A DNA stretch of 62,723 nt, counting the filler. It is 4 parts of 4 records of this genome, joined end to end, with 100 filler letters (N's around TTAATTAATTAA, not from the genome) between each part and the next. Parts side by side here need not be neighbours in the genome. Positions count along the whole stretch, not along the records: positions 23,956 to 48,451 come from SRR22947727_3848; positions 48,552 to 55,521 come from SRR22947727_3853; 2 more parts are not named here. One strand, given 5' to 3'. Of this stretch, positions 41,099 to 50,863 are shown one piece after another. The notes beneath the pieces were generated by a model. It had not been told where the DNA came from. It saw only the letters and a list, made by a program, of their open reading frames with translations, and ran no database searches. The position numbers were made by a program, and so were the translations under genes. The number at the start of each line of letters is the position of its first letter. Positions within the stretch are counted from its first letter, which is position 1.

Positions 41099-42003
41099 TG
41101 AGTATTGATAAGCTATTAATTATAGGCGGCGGATTAATTGGGTCATCTATAGCAAGGGCGGCTAAGGTATTTGGCCAGGCGGATAAAGTTTATATATCAG
41201 ATAAATCGTATGCTGTTTGCAGATCAATTGAAAGGATGGGCTTTGCAGATGGTGTATCCGAGAATTCTTCAGAATTATATGCATCAGAAGCTGACTTAAT
41301 TATTCTTTGTGTACCGCCTGGTACAATGGCTGCAGTTGCAGAAAGAATAGTTCCGGTTATGAAAAAAGGATCGATATTAACCGATGTTGCTTCAATAAAG
41401 GGCGACATAATTGATAAAATAGTTCCATTGATGAATAGTAATATTCATTTTGTGCCAGGTCATCCAATAGCAGGAACCGAATATAGCGGACCAGAAGCGG
41501 GTTTTGCTGGATTATTTAAGGACCGTTGGTGCGTATTAACCCCCGATGGTGCAGATGAATCAGCTGTAGATATTGTTAAGTTATTTTGGGAAGGAATTGG
41601 CTCTCAAGTAGCAGTTATGGACAGTATTAGACATGATATTGTTTTGGCGGCTACATCTCATGTACCGCATTTAATCGCATATGCCTTAGTTGGCACTGCT
41701 GTTGATATGGAGAAAGTAACTAATAATGAAGTGGTTAAATTCTCTGCTGGAGGCTTCCGTGACTTTACCCGTATAGCTTCATCTGACCCAGTTATGTGGC
41801 GTGATATTTTTCTTGCTAATAGGGATGCAACATTAGAGGTTGTAGATCGTTTTATTGAAGACTTATCGGCTCTCAAACGTGCTATAAGGTGGAAAGATGG
41901 GGACGCCTTATTGGAGCACTTTGCAAAAACCCGCGATATTCGTCGTCGAATAGTAGATGCTGGACAAGATAGTTCAGAACCTAATTTTGGAAGAGACGAT
42001 TAA
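41098..42003 (+). CDS. tyrC: cyclohexadienyl/prephenate dehydrogenase (start moved to ATG 41098, TGATG coupling)
   Basis: GGGLIGSS, HPIAGTE.SG, SHVPHL, GGFRDFTRIA.SDP.MW. Confidence 0.9.
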   Translation: MSIDKLLIIGGGLIGSSIARAAKVFGQADKVYISDKSYAVCRSIERMGFADGVSENSSELYASEADLIILCVPPGTMAAVAERIVPVMKKGSILTDVASIKGDIIDKIVPLMNSNIHFVPGHPIAGTEYSGPEAGFAGLFKDRWCVLTPDGADESAVDIVKLFWEGIGSQVAVMDSIRHDIVLAATSHVPHLIAYALVGTAVDMEKVTNNEVVKFSAGGFRDFTRIASSDPVMWRDIFLANRDATLEVVDRFIEDLSALKRAIRWKDGDALLEHFAKTRDIRRRIVDAGQDSSEPNFGRDD

Positions 42004-42621
42004 AGAAATATTATTATTTAATAATATTTCTTTTTCACTTGGTTCTATAGTGACGTATCTTAGATAGCTTATTAAAAGTTTACTGTATTCTTGAACTAAT
42101 CGTTTGAATCTATCACTATTTGAGTACCATTTCTCACCAGTTTGAATAAAAACTGGAAATGGAGTTATTTTAATTTGACTAGTAGTTGCTCTAATTTCTA
42201 TTTCAGCCCTCGGCATGTGATAAGCAGATGTCACTAATATTATATGTTTATATCCTAATGCTTTGGCCCATGCTGTCGTTTCATATGCATTGCCAATCGT
42301 GTTTTTTGCATTGTAGTCTAAGTCTAAACAGCAATCTGACATTTTTTCGGGAATAGAAATAATTTCTTTGATTTTATCGAGAGAAATTTCAGAGTTTACT
42401 CCTGATATAAGTAGGCGTTCTGCTTTTTTTTGTAATAACAGATTCGCGCCCGCCTCAAGTCTTCCACCACCTTTTCCAGTCCATACGGAAATTCCATCCG
42501 CATCAGGGATAGTTTTAGGTGTACTGAAGTCATTAATTTTTTTTATATAAAAGAGAAAACCTAATGTGTAGGTAATGATCATTATAGTAATAACTTTAAG
42601 TAATTTCATTATTCTAAACAA
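41974..42621 (-). CDS. YdcF/ElyC (DUF218) family protein
   Basis: N-terminal TM, LLISG, NT.GNA.E, LVTSAYHMPRA, EY.K. Confidence 0.88.
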   Translation of the reverse strand: MFRIMKLLKVITIMIITYTLGFLFYIKKINDFSTPKTIPDADGISVWTGKGGGRLEAGANLLLQKKAERLLISGVNSEISLDKIKEIISIPEKMSDCCLDLDYNAKNTIGNAYETTAWAKALGYKHIILVTSAYHMPRAEIEIRATTSQIKITPFPVFIQTGEKWYSNSDRFKRLVQEYSKLLISYLRYVTIEPSEKEILLNNNISLIVSSKIRF

Positions 42622-42682
42622 TTTTATTTTAGTGATTGATATATTAAGTTTAATTTAGTGTTTATTTAATTTGCAAAATTAT

Positions 42683-43588
42683 TCATCGTCGTCGACGTTT
42701 TTTTGACAATATGTTCATAGATGTTAATCCTGCAGATATTGAACAATTTATACTAAAGCCTATTATAAATAGTAAAAGGTAGATTATATCAGGCCAATAA
42801 AAATTTGGTATTGGAATTATAAAAACTTCTTTCATACGCTCTGTCGACATTATAACCATCGTAAAATAACCTAGGCTAACACCATATAACCCGCTAATTA
42901 AACCTCTAATTCCTGCTTGTTTTATAAATAATTTTGAGATGAATATATTTTTGGCTCCAACTTGCAGCAATATATTTATTATATTTTTTTGAGCTAGAAG
43001 GGCTGATTTTGTAGTATAATTTGAAATGAATATAGCTATACTAAAAATTAATATAAGCAGTGCTGTAGATCCGACCTTAAGTGCAATAGCTGATTTTTTA
43101 ACTTGGTCAGACCATCGTGTATGATCGTCAATCTCAACAATAACTCCTTCATTTTTAAGAGCTGCTGAAATGTAAGTGAGATCTTTGTTATCTTCTTCTG
43201 CAAAATTAATAGATATTAAGGCTGGAATGGGTAAGTCATCAGGAAGATTAAAATTGCCAAGCCAAGGCTTAAGCATATCTAAGGACTTTTTTTTGTCTAA
43301 TACAGTAATTTCTGAATTAGGATAATTTTCTTTTAAATTTTTAAATGTGATTTCCACCTGCACCTCACGAAGCGTGGGGTTTTCAACTAAAATTTGAATA
43401 GTAGCAGAATTTTCCAAGGCTGAATTCCATGAAGTGCTCATACGATTCATAGTAACTGAGAATAATAAAGCGATCGTGGCAAGATATGCTACTATGGATA
43501 ATGTAAATACCAAAGACCTTGCATTATTACTATTCGGATCAAGTAATGGGTTAGAAGTTAATTTTTTTATGCTCTTATCTTGCATCAA
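42683..43588 (-). CDS. ftsX: cell division permease FtsX
   Basis: TM-periplasmic-3TM layout, PWLG, LP.P.LI, DDH.RW, VGA; follows ftsE. Confidence 0.85.
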   Translation of the reverse strand: MMQDKSIKKLTSNPLLDPNSNNARSLVFTLSIVAYLATIALLFSVTMNRMSTSWNSALENSATIQILVENPTLREVQVEITFKNLKENYPNSEITVLDKKKSLDMLKPWLGNFNLPDDLPIPALISINFAEEDNKDLTYISAALKNEGVIVEIDDHTRWSDQVKKSAIALKVGSTALLILIFSIAIFISNYTTKSALLAQKNIINILLQVGAKNIFISKLFIKQAGIRGLISGLYGVSLGYFTMVIMSTERMKEVFIIPIPNFYWPDIIYLLLFIIGFSINCSISAGLTSMNILSKKRRRR

Positions 43589-44307
43589 AAACTCGAATTA
43601 AAATTAGTATTTATTAATGTACCATTTTCAATATTTAAAATATTAGCATTTATACCTTTGACAAGTTTTTTATCATGAGTTGCTATTAGTATTGTGGTTC
43701 CAGAGCGGTTCATTTCAATAAAAAGTTTAAGTAGTCTTTTGCTCATAACTTCATCAACATTTCCAGTTGGTTCGTCCGCAATTATTAAATCAGGTTTAGA
43801 TATAACAGCCCTTGCAATTGCTGCCCTTTGTTTCTCTCCTCCAGATAAAGTTTTAGGTAGTGCATCCATCCGATCTCCTAATCCAACCCATTGAAGTAAT
43901 TCACAAATATCTTTCGTATAATTGCGTCTTTTTTCTCCTGAAACACGCAATGGTAATGCAACATTTTCGAAAACAGTTAAATGGTCTATTAAACGAAAAT
44001 CCTGTAATATAACTCCAATTCTTTTCTTTATTGAATGCTTAGCTTTTTGAGATGCTGAAGAAATATCATTTCCAAATAAGCTTATTAAACCCCGAGATTG
44101 TTTCAAATCCATATAGCATAATTTCAGTAATGTAGATTTACCTGCTCCTGATGGGCCTGTTAAGAAAGTAAAACTCCCTTTATTCAAGCACATGTCTACA
44201 TCCGACAGAATTTCTGGTCCTCTACCATAACGCAAACCCAATCTTTCAAAACGAACTACTTCGTTATTTAATGCGATTTGTACTTTGGATTTTTTCTTTT
44301 TAAACAC
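43585..44307 (-). CDS. ftsE: cell division ATP-binding protein FtsE (GTG start)
   Basis: GPSGAGKST, QDFRL, LSGGEKQR, ADEPTGN. Confidence 0.93.
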   Translation of the reverse strand: MFKKKKSKVQIALNNEVVRFERLGLRYGRGPEILSDVDMCLNKGSFTFLTGPSGAGKSTLLKLCYMDLKQSRGLISLFGNDISSASQKAKHSIKKRIGVILQDFRLIDHLTVFENVALPLRVSGEKRRNYTKDICELLQWVGLGDRMDALPKTLSGGEKQRAAIARAVISKPDLIIADEPTGNVDEVMSKRLLKLFIEMNRSGTTILIATHDKKLVKGINANILNIENGTLINTNFNSSF

Positions 44308-44390
44308 AGACTTTATAACTAGTTAATAATTAATTTAAATAACTTTAGGTCTAATATTACCCACCCACAAGAATTGATTTATGAAATGTT

Positions 44391-45659
44391 TTAAATGAGC
44401 CAATTAGGTATATTCTCTGATTTTAAAATATCGTTAATTGTAGGGCGTTTTCTTATAACTTCATATTTATTATCTTTCACAAGAACTTCCGGAATGAGTG
44501 GTCTAGTGTTATATTGGCTCGACTGTGATGCCCCATATGCTCCTGCCGTATGCATTACTATGAGCTCTCCTTGATTTATTTTTGAAAGTTTTCGCGATTT
44601 TGTGAATGTATCACTACTTTCGCAAATTGGGCCTACAACATCGTATTTTTCTACTTGTTCTTTTTCTGATTTTTTCCGAACGGGTTCTATTTCATGAAAA
44701 GCATCATACAAAGCTGGACGTAGAAGATCATTCATTGCAGCATCAATAATTAGAAAATTACGATCTTCTCCTTTTTTTACATAGAGTACTTTAGATAATA
44801 ATATACCAGCGTTTCCAGATATCATTCTTCCAGGTTCGAATATTATCTCTACATTCATTTTTTTTGTTAGCTGTTTTACCATGGCTCCATAATTTGAGGG
44901 ATCTGGCGGTGCAATAGTTTCATTCCCATACGGAATTCCAAGACCCCCTCCAATATCGAAGCAGCGAATATTATGTCCACTTGCATGAAGTTTTTTTATT
45001 AGATTTCCAACTTTAGAAATTGCTTTTTCAAAAGGCTCTAAATGATCAATTTGACTCCCAATATGAACATCTATTCCTACTATCTCTATGTTGCTGCAGG
45101 ATTTAGCTATTGCATAAGCATGTTCAGCTTTATTCCAAGCAATTCCAAATTTATCTTCTTTTTTACCTGTGCTTATTTTTTTATGCCCCCCTGCCGTAAC
45201 ATCTGGGTTCACTCTAAATGCAATTGGTGCTAGATAATTCATTCGGGCTGCCACTTCGTTTATTGCATAGAGTTCAGGTATACTTTCTACATTAAAAATC
45301 TTTATTTTTGCATTGGCTGCAGCTTCTATTTCATGTTCGGTTTTTCCGACTCCAGAGAATACAATTTTATTGGCTGGAATTCCAGCGGTTAGGGCTCTTT
45401 GTAGTTCACCTCCACTGACTACATCGGCGCCTGCACCTAGCTTGGAGAGTGTTGCTAAGATACCGATGTTTGAATTTGCCTTGACTGAATATGCGATTAA
45501 AGAATTTATGCCAGAAACACTATTCTTAAAGACATTAAAATGCCTCTCAAATGTAGCTGTTGAATATACATAACAGGGCGTACCCACTTCTGCTGCTATC
45601 TTTGCAAGAGGTACATTTTCTGCATGCATTTCTCCATTCTTGAATTCGAAATGCCTCAT
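44391..45659 (-). CDS. lysA: diaminopimelate decarboxylase
   Basis: YSVKAN, HIGSQ, GGGLG, EPGR, GPICES, AGAYG. Confidence 0.97.
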   Translation of the reverse strand: MRHFEFKNGEMHAENVPLAKIAAEVGTPCYVYSTATFERHFNVFKNSVSGINSLIAYSVKANSNIGILATLSKLGAGADVVSGGELQRALTAGIPANKIVFSGVGKTEHEIEAAANAKIKIFNVESIPELYAINEVAARMNYLAPIAFRVNPDVTAGGHKKISTGKKEDKFGIAWNKAEHAYAIAKSCSNIEIVGIDVHIGSQIDHLEPFEKAISKVGNLIKKLHASGHNIRCFDIGGGLGIPYGNETIAPPDPSNYGAMVKQLTKKMNVEIIFEPGRMISGNAGILLSKVLYVKKGEDRNFLIIDAAMNDLLRPALYDAFHEIEPVRKKSEKEQVEKYDVVGPICESSDTFTKSRKLSKINQGELIVMHTAGAYGASQSSQYNTRPLIPEVLVKDNKYEVIRKRPTINDILKSENIPNWLI

Positions 45660-45660
45660 T

Positions 45661-45861
45661 TTAAATATTTTTTTGAATTATTATTTTATTTTTAACTGTA
45701 GCTTGAAAGATTTCATTACCGCTCGTTAAGTGCTCTAGTTCGAATGAAGTATTATTCCACAAAGGGGGGGGAGTTTTGAGTTCTCCGCGAATACCGCAGG
45801 CAGAAAGTAATATTAAAGTGTTTAAAATTAAAAAAAAATTTGATTTACGGTAATTTTTCAT
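45661..45861 (-). CDS. small lipoprotein LptM/YifL-like
   Basis: Lipobox LSAC followed by GIRGELKTPPP; immediately upstream of lysA. Confidence 0.8.
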   Translation of the reverse strand: MKNYRKSNFFLILNTLILLSACGIRGELKTPPPLWNNTSFELEHLTSGNEIFQATVKNKIIIQKNI

Positions 45862-46020
45862 TTTGTATTCCTATGGATTATATTTCTTTAATTGAGCCTA
45901 TGACAAACGTCGAGTCACTATCTTAAAAAATTAATTAAATTTAACTTTATAAAATTAATATTAGATTTAGTATCTTTAAAAAAATAAATATGGCTGTCCT
46001 CAAGATAATAAAGAAAATAT

Positions 46021-46788
46021 ATGAAACACTTAATTGTACCAATAATATTTCTTACATGCTTCAAGATGACTTATGCAGAGTCTACAGAAGAATCTATAAA
46101 TTTGCGTGAAGAAATTTCGTGTTTTCCTATTTCAGGTATATCTGATTTTGCTAGAAAATTTGAAAATATAAAAAGCTCTAGAACTGACTCTGTTGATATG
46201 TTTTTTGAAGCGCATTTAAAAATAAAAGATGGCGGCTTATTGCCTGAAAGAGTATATATAAAAAATCAAGAAAACGAATATGACTTGAGTTTTTCTCAAA
46301 ATGGAAAAGTTGTTAATATTGAAAAAATAACTAAAGCAGAAAATGGTTCGGAATTATGTGCCTATGACCCATTGCGGGCTGGCACCCCAAAGGGTGAAGA
46401 CGCTTTAGAATTTGATATGGACGCTGATGTAATATTTATTAAAAATAATGGTTACCACCATGTTAGTAGTTTAAAGGATGGCCTCAAGGATTCTAGATTC
46501 TTTTATAAAAAAATGGTTCCTGCACCGACTAGCTTATTTTTGCCAAAGTTCACGCATTTATTGATTTCTGCTGTTAACGATAAAGATAGTATTTATTTTG
46601 AAGCTAAAAATAAGGATAATGATAAGTTACTAATAGAGAGTGAAAATTATTGCGCAAATGAGGTAATTAAATTTAAAGATCTTGAAAATGCAGATGTTGA
46701 AGGTCTTTATATAAAAGGCGGGTCCTACTTATTATATCCTATACCAGATTTAGAAAAACTTACATCTATCATGGGCGGAGAATGTTAG
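46021..46788 (+). CDS. exported protein of unknown function (possibly DUF2987-like)
   Basis: Signal peptide (TYA-E), 255-aa ORF; family resemblance is weak. Confidence 0.65.
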   Translation: MKHLIVPIIFLTCFKMTYAESTEESINLREEISCFPISGISDFARKFENIKSSRTDSVDMFFEAHLKIKDGGLLPERVYIKNQENEYDLSFSQNGKVVNIEKITKAENGSELCAYDPLRAGTPKGEDALEFDMDADVIFIKNNGYHHVSSLKDGLKDSRFFYKKMVPAPTSLFLPKFTHLLISAVNDKDSIYFEAKNKDNDKLLIESENYCANEVIKFKDLENADVEGLYIKGGSYLLYPIPDLEKLTSIMGGEC

Positions 46789-46807
46789 TAAATAGAGTGA
46801 TAGATTA

Positions 46808-46996
46808 ATGAAACTTGATCGCATTAGTTCTCCCTGTAAGCTTATCTGTGACTTAGATTTAGAATTTGGTCTTTGCAAGGGCTGTGGGCGATCTAGGGAA
46901 GAAATAGCTCTTTGGACACGATTAAGTGATGCGAGACGAGCATTTATAATGACCGAGTTGTCGAAAAGACTCCTGAGCATGAAAAATAAAACTTAA
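46808..46996 (+). CDS. DUF1289 small Cys-rich protein
   Basis: SPC..IC, C.GCGRS.EEI..W. Confidence 0.88.
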   Translation: MKLDRISSPCKLICDLDLEFGLCKGCGRSREEIALWTRLSDARRAFIMTELSKRLLSMKNKT

Positions 46997-46999
46997 GAA

Positions 47000-48415
47000 T
47001 TAAGATAAGATATTATTCCAGGCTTTGACTTGTTTTTTAACTTCACTTGGAGCTGTGCCTCCATAGCTCACTCTGCTTTTTGCAGAAGATTCCGGTGATA
47101 AAACTGAATAAATTTCTTTTGTTATTTTAGGTTCTATTTTTATGTAATCTTCGAGAGGAAGTTCATCGAGAGTTACCCCTTTATGTTCGGCTAGCGCAAC
47201 AATTTTTCCCGTGATGTGGTGGGCATCTCGAAATGGCATATTTATTTTTCTGACAAACCAATCTGCTAAATCAGTAGCTGTTGAAAATGCATTTCCTGCA
47301 GCCGCCTTCATAATTTCTTTATTTGGCTGCATATCATTTATCATGCCTGTCATTGCCTTTAAACCTAGATCAAGAGAATCAAAAGCATCGAAAACCGGCT
47401 CTTTATCCTCTTGCATATCTTTCGAGTAGGCCAGCGGTAATCCTTTCATAACCATTGTTAGTGATACAAGCGCTCCAGATATCCGGCCTACTTTAGCACG
47501 TATTAATTCAGCTGCATCTGGGTTGCGTTTTTGAGGCATAATAGAGCTACCTGTTGTGAAAGCGTCTGTTAATGTAATGAATTGAAATTGTGCGCTCATC
47601 CAAATGACTATTTCTTCAGAAAGTCTTGAGAGGTGGGTAGCGCAAATATTGGCAGCTGATAATGCTTCAAGTGCAAAATCACGTGCAGAAACTGCGTCTA
47701 GAGAATTAGCCATGGGTTTAGAAAAGCCTAAAGTACTTGAAGTAAAGTTACGGTCTATTGGAAATGATGTTCCAGCCAGAGCAGCAGCTCCTAAAGGACA
47801 CTCATTTAAACGTTCCCTGCAATCACTAAACCTAGATTTATCGCGATTAAACATTTCTAGATATGCTAACATATGATGCCCAAATGTTACAGGCTGAGCA
47901 GATTGCAAATGTGTAAAACCTGGCATTATAGTGTTAGTATTTTCATCTGCCTTTTGAAGTAATGCTTTCATTAATTCGGTCAGCTGAAGTTCAAAATTAT
48001 CCAAATAGTCTCTTACCCAAAGTCGAAAATCTGTTGCCACTTGGTCATTTCTTGAACGAGCAGTGTGAAGTCTCCCAGCTGCGTCACCAATTAATTCTTT
48101 TAGTCTATTTTCAATATTTAAATGTATGTCCTCAAATTCATGCGAGAAAGGAAACGAGCGATTTAATATTTCTTTTTTAATTTTTTCCAAGCCTTGATGT
48201 ATCTGCAGCATATCTTCCTTTGTAATTATACCTTGTACCTCAAGCATGCTTGAATGAGCCATAGATCCCTTAATATCCTGCAATGCTAACCTTTTATCAA
48301 AATCAATTGATACATTAATTTCTTGCATAATCTCATTTGGAGATGCGCTGAAACGTCCTCCCCACATCTTCTGGCCTTTATTATTTTTATTGTTAGATAG
48401 TTTATCCATGTCCAT
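47000..48415 (-). CDS. argH: argininosuccinate lyase (start likely 48415 or 48409)
   Basis: [36 protein letters not shown]. Confidence 0.97.
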   Translation of the reverse strand: MDMDKLSNNKNNKGQKMWGGRFSASPNEIMQEINVSIDFDKRLALQDIKGSMAHSSMLEVQGIITKEDMLQIHQGLEKIKKEILNRSFPFSHEFEDIHLNIENRLKELIGDAAGRLHTARSRNDQVATDFRLWVRDYLDNFELQLTELMKALLQKADENTNTIMPGFTHLQSAQPVTFGHHMLAYLEMFNRDKSRFSDCRERLNECPLGAAALAGTSFPIDRNFTSSTLGFSKPMANSLDAVSARDFALEALSAANICATHLSRLSEEIVIWMSAQFQFITLTDAFTTGSSIMPQKRNPDAAELIRAKVGRISGALVSLTMVMKGLPLAYSKDMQEDKEPVFDAFDSLDLGLKAMTGMINDMQPNKEIMKAAAGNAFSTATDLADWFVRKINMPFRDAHHITGKIVALAEHKGVTLDELPLEDYIKIEPKITKEIYSVLSPESSAKSRVSYGGTAPSEVKKQVKAWNNILS

Positions 48416-48451
48416 ATCTTCTCTTTTTAATATAACTAACACAATAAGGCT

Positions 48452-48551
48452 NNNNNNNNNNNNNNNNNNNNNNNNNNNNNNNNNNNNNNNNNNNNTTAAT
48501 TAATTAANNNNNNNNNNNNNNNNNNNNNNNNNNNNNNNNNNNNNNNNNNNN
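48452..48551. other. artificial contig spacer N44-TTAATTAATTAA-N44
   Basis: Identical to the spacer at 23856. Confidence 0.98.
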
Positions 48552-48710
48552 TTTAATAATACCTGCATCTTCCATTTTTTTAACTCTAACGTGTACGGTA
48601 CCAGCGGAAATTAATAATTTTTTAGCAATATCAGTAAAAGCTGTTCTTGTATTATCAATTAGAAGATCTAATATTTGATGATCTATTTCATCAAGTTTAA
48701 TTTTAGCCAT
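48552..48710 (-). CDS. Lrp/AsnC regulator, N-terminal fragment truncated by the contig end
   Basis: LDEIDHQIL, FTDIAKKL.ISAGTVHVRVKKM HTH. Confidence 0.9.
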
Positions 48711-48773
48711 ATTATTGAATTTTAATTTAAAGAAATGCGAATATATTGAATTATTTTTATATAAATCAAATAT

Positions 48774-49892
48774 TTACTGAATATTTCGTAATTTTTTGGC
48801 GATTATTATAATTTCATTTAAATCATTTTTATCAGAGATATCAAATACCTTTTTGATTGAAATAAAATCCGATAACAGATGGCCTGATAACTTTTCTAAT
48901 TTTCCGAATTCGCTAATTTCTGGAATAAATTCAATTTCTTTAGAAACTAAATTCAATTTTTCTTTATATAATATTGATAAATTAACGACCTGGTTTGACA
49001 AAGATTGATTTATTTTAATGTTTTTAATAAAAACATCACACAAACCAGTAGAGTTTTCAGGAATTTTATAGTAATCTTTATGATTTTTTAAATTAAAACC
49101 ATTAGAATATATTGATCTAATAGCATAAGTTATCGCCAGAGATGTGTAATATCTAGATATTTCTCTAGTGTAATCTTGAGAAAAATGACCCGACTCAAAT
49201 AAAATTGTAGGTGTATTCAGGGATTGAAATGTGTCGCCTACGCAATTTATATTGAATTCGTCATTATATCTCCCGATGTTTTCTGGAATTAATATTTTAA
49301 GATTTTCAACTATTTCTAAAATAATTTTCATTGATTTTACTCTGGAATCAGTTTCATTTCTATCATAATCCGAAGATGGAGATAAAAAAGACATTATGGA
49401 TGAATTAAAATTTAGGGTAGAATATATTGATCTTTGACCATGAAGATTGAAACAAAAATCTGGCTTAAAATCATCGTATATCTTTTTTAGCACAAGGCTT
49501 TCAGGTTGTGATAAATCAACTGCATCTCTGTTGAGATCTATATTATTATAATTTTCTCTAGTATATTTAAAAGCACCATCCGGATTTAATATTGGTATAA
49601 CCAATAAGGTTAATTTATTAAACATCTTCTGTTCATGATTACTATAAAATGAGATTGAATCAAAAAGTGCTTTAGTAGAGGTAGATTCATTACCATGCAT
49701 CTGTGACCATATCAGTAATTTAATTTTTCCAGAACCTATTTTAAAAAAATGAATCGGCAAATTATTAACACTATAGCCACAAATTTCTGAAGAATATTTA
49801 TAATTTAAGTCTGCAATTGATTCGTTTGTAATATATCTTCCAGAAATTTCTTTTTCCTTATAATTAGTATAATTATCTACTTCAATATTCAT
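48774..49892 (-). CDS. M14-family zinc carboxypeptidase (start moved to ATG 49892)
   Basis: SQMHGNE (HxxE), NPDG, DLNRD, FNLH, LFESG; Bacteroidetes-type promoter TAACTTTG at 49912-49905. Confidence 0.9.
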   Translation of the reverse strand: MNIEVDNYTNYKEKEISGRYITNESIADLNYKYSSEICGYSVNNLPIHFFKIGSGKIKLLIWSQMHGNESTSTKALFDSISFYSNHEQKMFNKLTLLVIPILNPDGAFKYTRENYNNIDLNRDAVDLSQPESLVLKKIYDDFKPDFCFNLHGQRSIYSTLNFNSSIMSFLSPSSDYDRNETDSRVKSMKIILEIVENLKILIPENIGRYNDEFNINCVGDTFQSLNTPTILFESGHFSQDYTREISRYYTSLAITYAIRSIYSNGFNLKNHKDYYKIPENSTGLCDVFIKNIKINQSLSNQVVNLSILYKEKLNLVSKEIEFIPEISEFGKLEKLSGHLLSDFISIKKVFDISDKNDLNEIIIIAKKLRNIQ

Positions 49893-49925
49893 TATTTTTT
49901 TTTCCAAAGTTAACAATACAAACGA

Positions 49926-50136
49926 TTACAATTGTAAACCTTTTTTGATAAAAAAAATTAATTAATTAACTTTAATTATAACAATTGTAAACAAAAAACT
50001 TAAGAAACTTATTAAAATCCTTATTTTAAGTATTTTACAAATTCTATTTAAAGTATAACTTTAATTAAAATATTGTTTTAAAGTAAATAATTTTATATAA
50101 TAATGTTATTTATTTTTTATAAATTTACAATTGTAT
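49926..50136. promoter_or_regulatory. three copies of a 12-bp palindrome (candidate operators)
   Basis: TTACAATTGTAA (49926-49937), TAACAATTGTAA (49979-49990), TTACAATTGTAT (50125-50136). Confidence 0.7.
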
Positions 50137-50138
50137 AC

Positions 50139-50471
50139 ATGAATGATTTTACAGAAAAATTAAAAAAAATAATACAAACAGAAGGTTTAACTGCATCAAA
50201 ATTTGCTGAAAAAATTGGTGTTCAAAGATCTAGCGTTTCCCATGTATTAAGCGGAAGAAATAAACCAAGTCTTGATTTTATTTTAAAAATCAATAAATCT
50301 ATTGACAATATTAGTTTGGATTGGTTGTTAGATAATGAAAATGATGTAAATGAAACCTCTCCTACTCCAACAAAAAACATAAAAGCTGTTAAAAATCATA
50401 AAAATGAATCTATGATAGAAAAAATCATAATATTTTTTAACGATGGAACTTTTAAAATCTATAAAAATTAA
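50139..50471 (+). CDS. XRE-family HTH regulator (start moved to ATG 50139)
   Basis: FAEKIGVQRSSVSHVLSGRNKPSLD HTH, SLDWLL, C-terminal IEKIIIFFNDGTF motif. Confidence 0.88.
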   Translation: MNDFTEKLKKIIQTEGLTASKFAEKIGVQRSSVSHVLSGRNKPSLDFILKINKSIDNISLDWLLDNENDVNETSPTPTKNIKAVKNHKNESMIEKIIIFFNDGTFKIYKN

Positions 50472-50485
50472 TAAATTTACGATTG

Positions 50486-50863
50486 ATGTACATTAGGTTT
50501 ATTTTATTCTTGTTTTTTATTTTTTCATGTGATTTTCCAGAGAGAAATTGTTTAAAATTTCAAACTGGTACATTTGAATTTAAATCAATTTCAGAAAAAG
50601 GTGACACATTGATTACCAAATTTACACGAACAAAAGATTTAGAAATTGGTTTTTTCAACGAAAAGATTGATTCTAATACAGTTAAATGGGTTTCTGATTG
50701 TGAATGTATCTACAAAAAAGTAAACCCTAAATCTTTAAGTGAAAAAAAAGCTGTACAGATGAAAATTCTAAGTACTAATGCAAATTCGTACACTTTTGAA
50801 TATTCTTTTGTTGGTGACATAAAAAATAAACAAAGAGGTTTTGTTAAGAAAATTAGTGATTAA
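50486..50863 (+). CDS. flavobacterial lipoprotein of unknown function
   Basis: Hydrophobic signal with lipobox FIFS-C; RNC..F.TG.F and W..DC motifs. Confidence 0.75.
   Translation: MYIRFILFLFFIFSCDFPERNCLKFQTGTFEFKSISEKGDTLITKFTRTKDLEIGFFNEKIDSNTVKWVSDCECIYKKVNPKSLSEKKAVQMKILSTNANSYTFEYSFVGDIKNKQRGFVKKISD

Noticed and set aside
49958..49969. TTAATTAATTAA without flanking Ns as a hidden contig join
   Set aside because: There are no Ns, the DNA is extremely AT-rich, and the same palindromic boxes and coherent flavobacterial genes occur on both sides.
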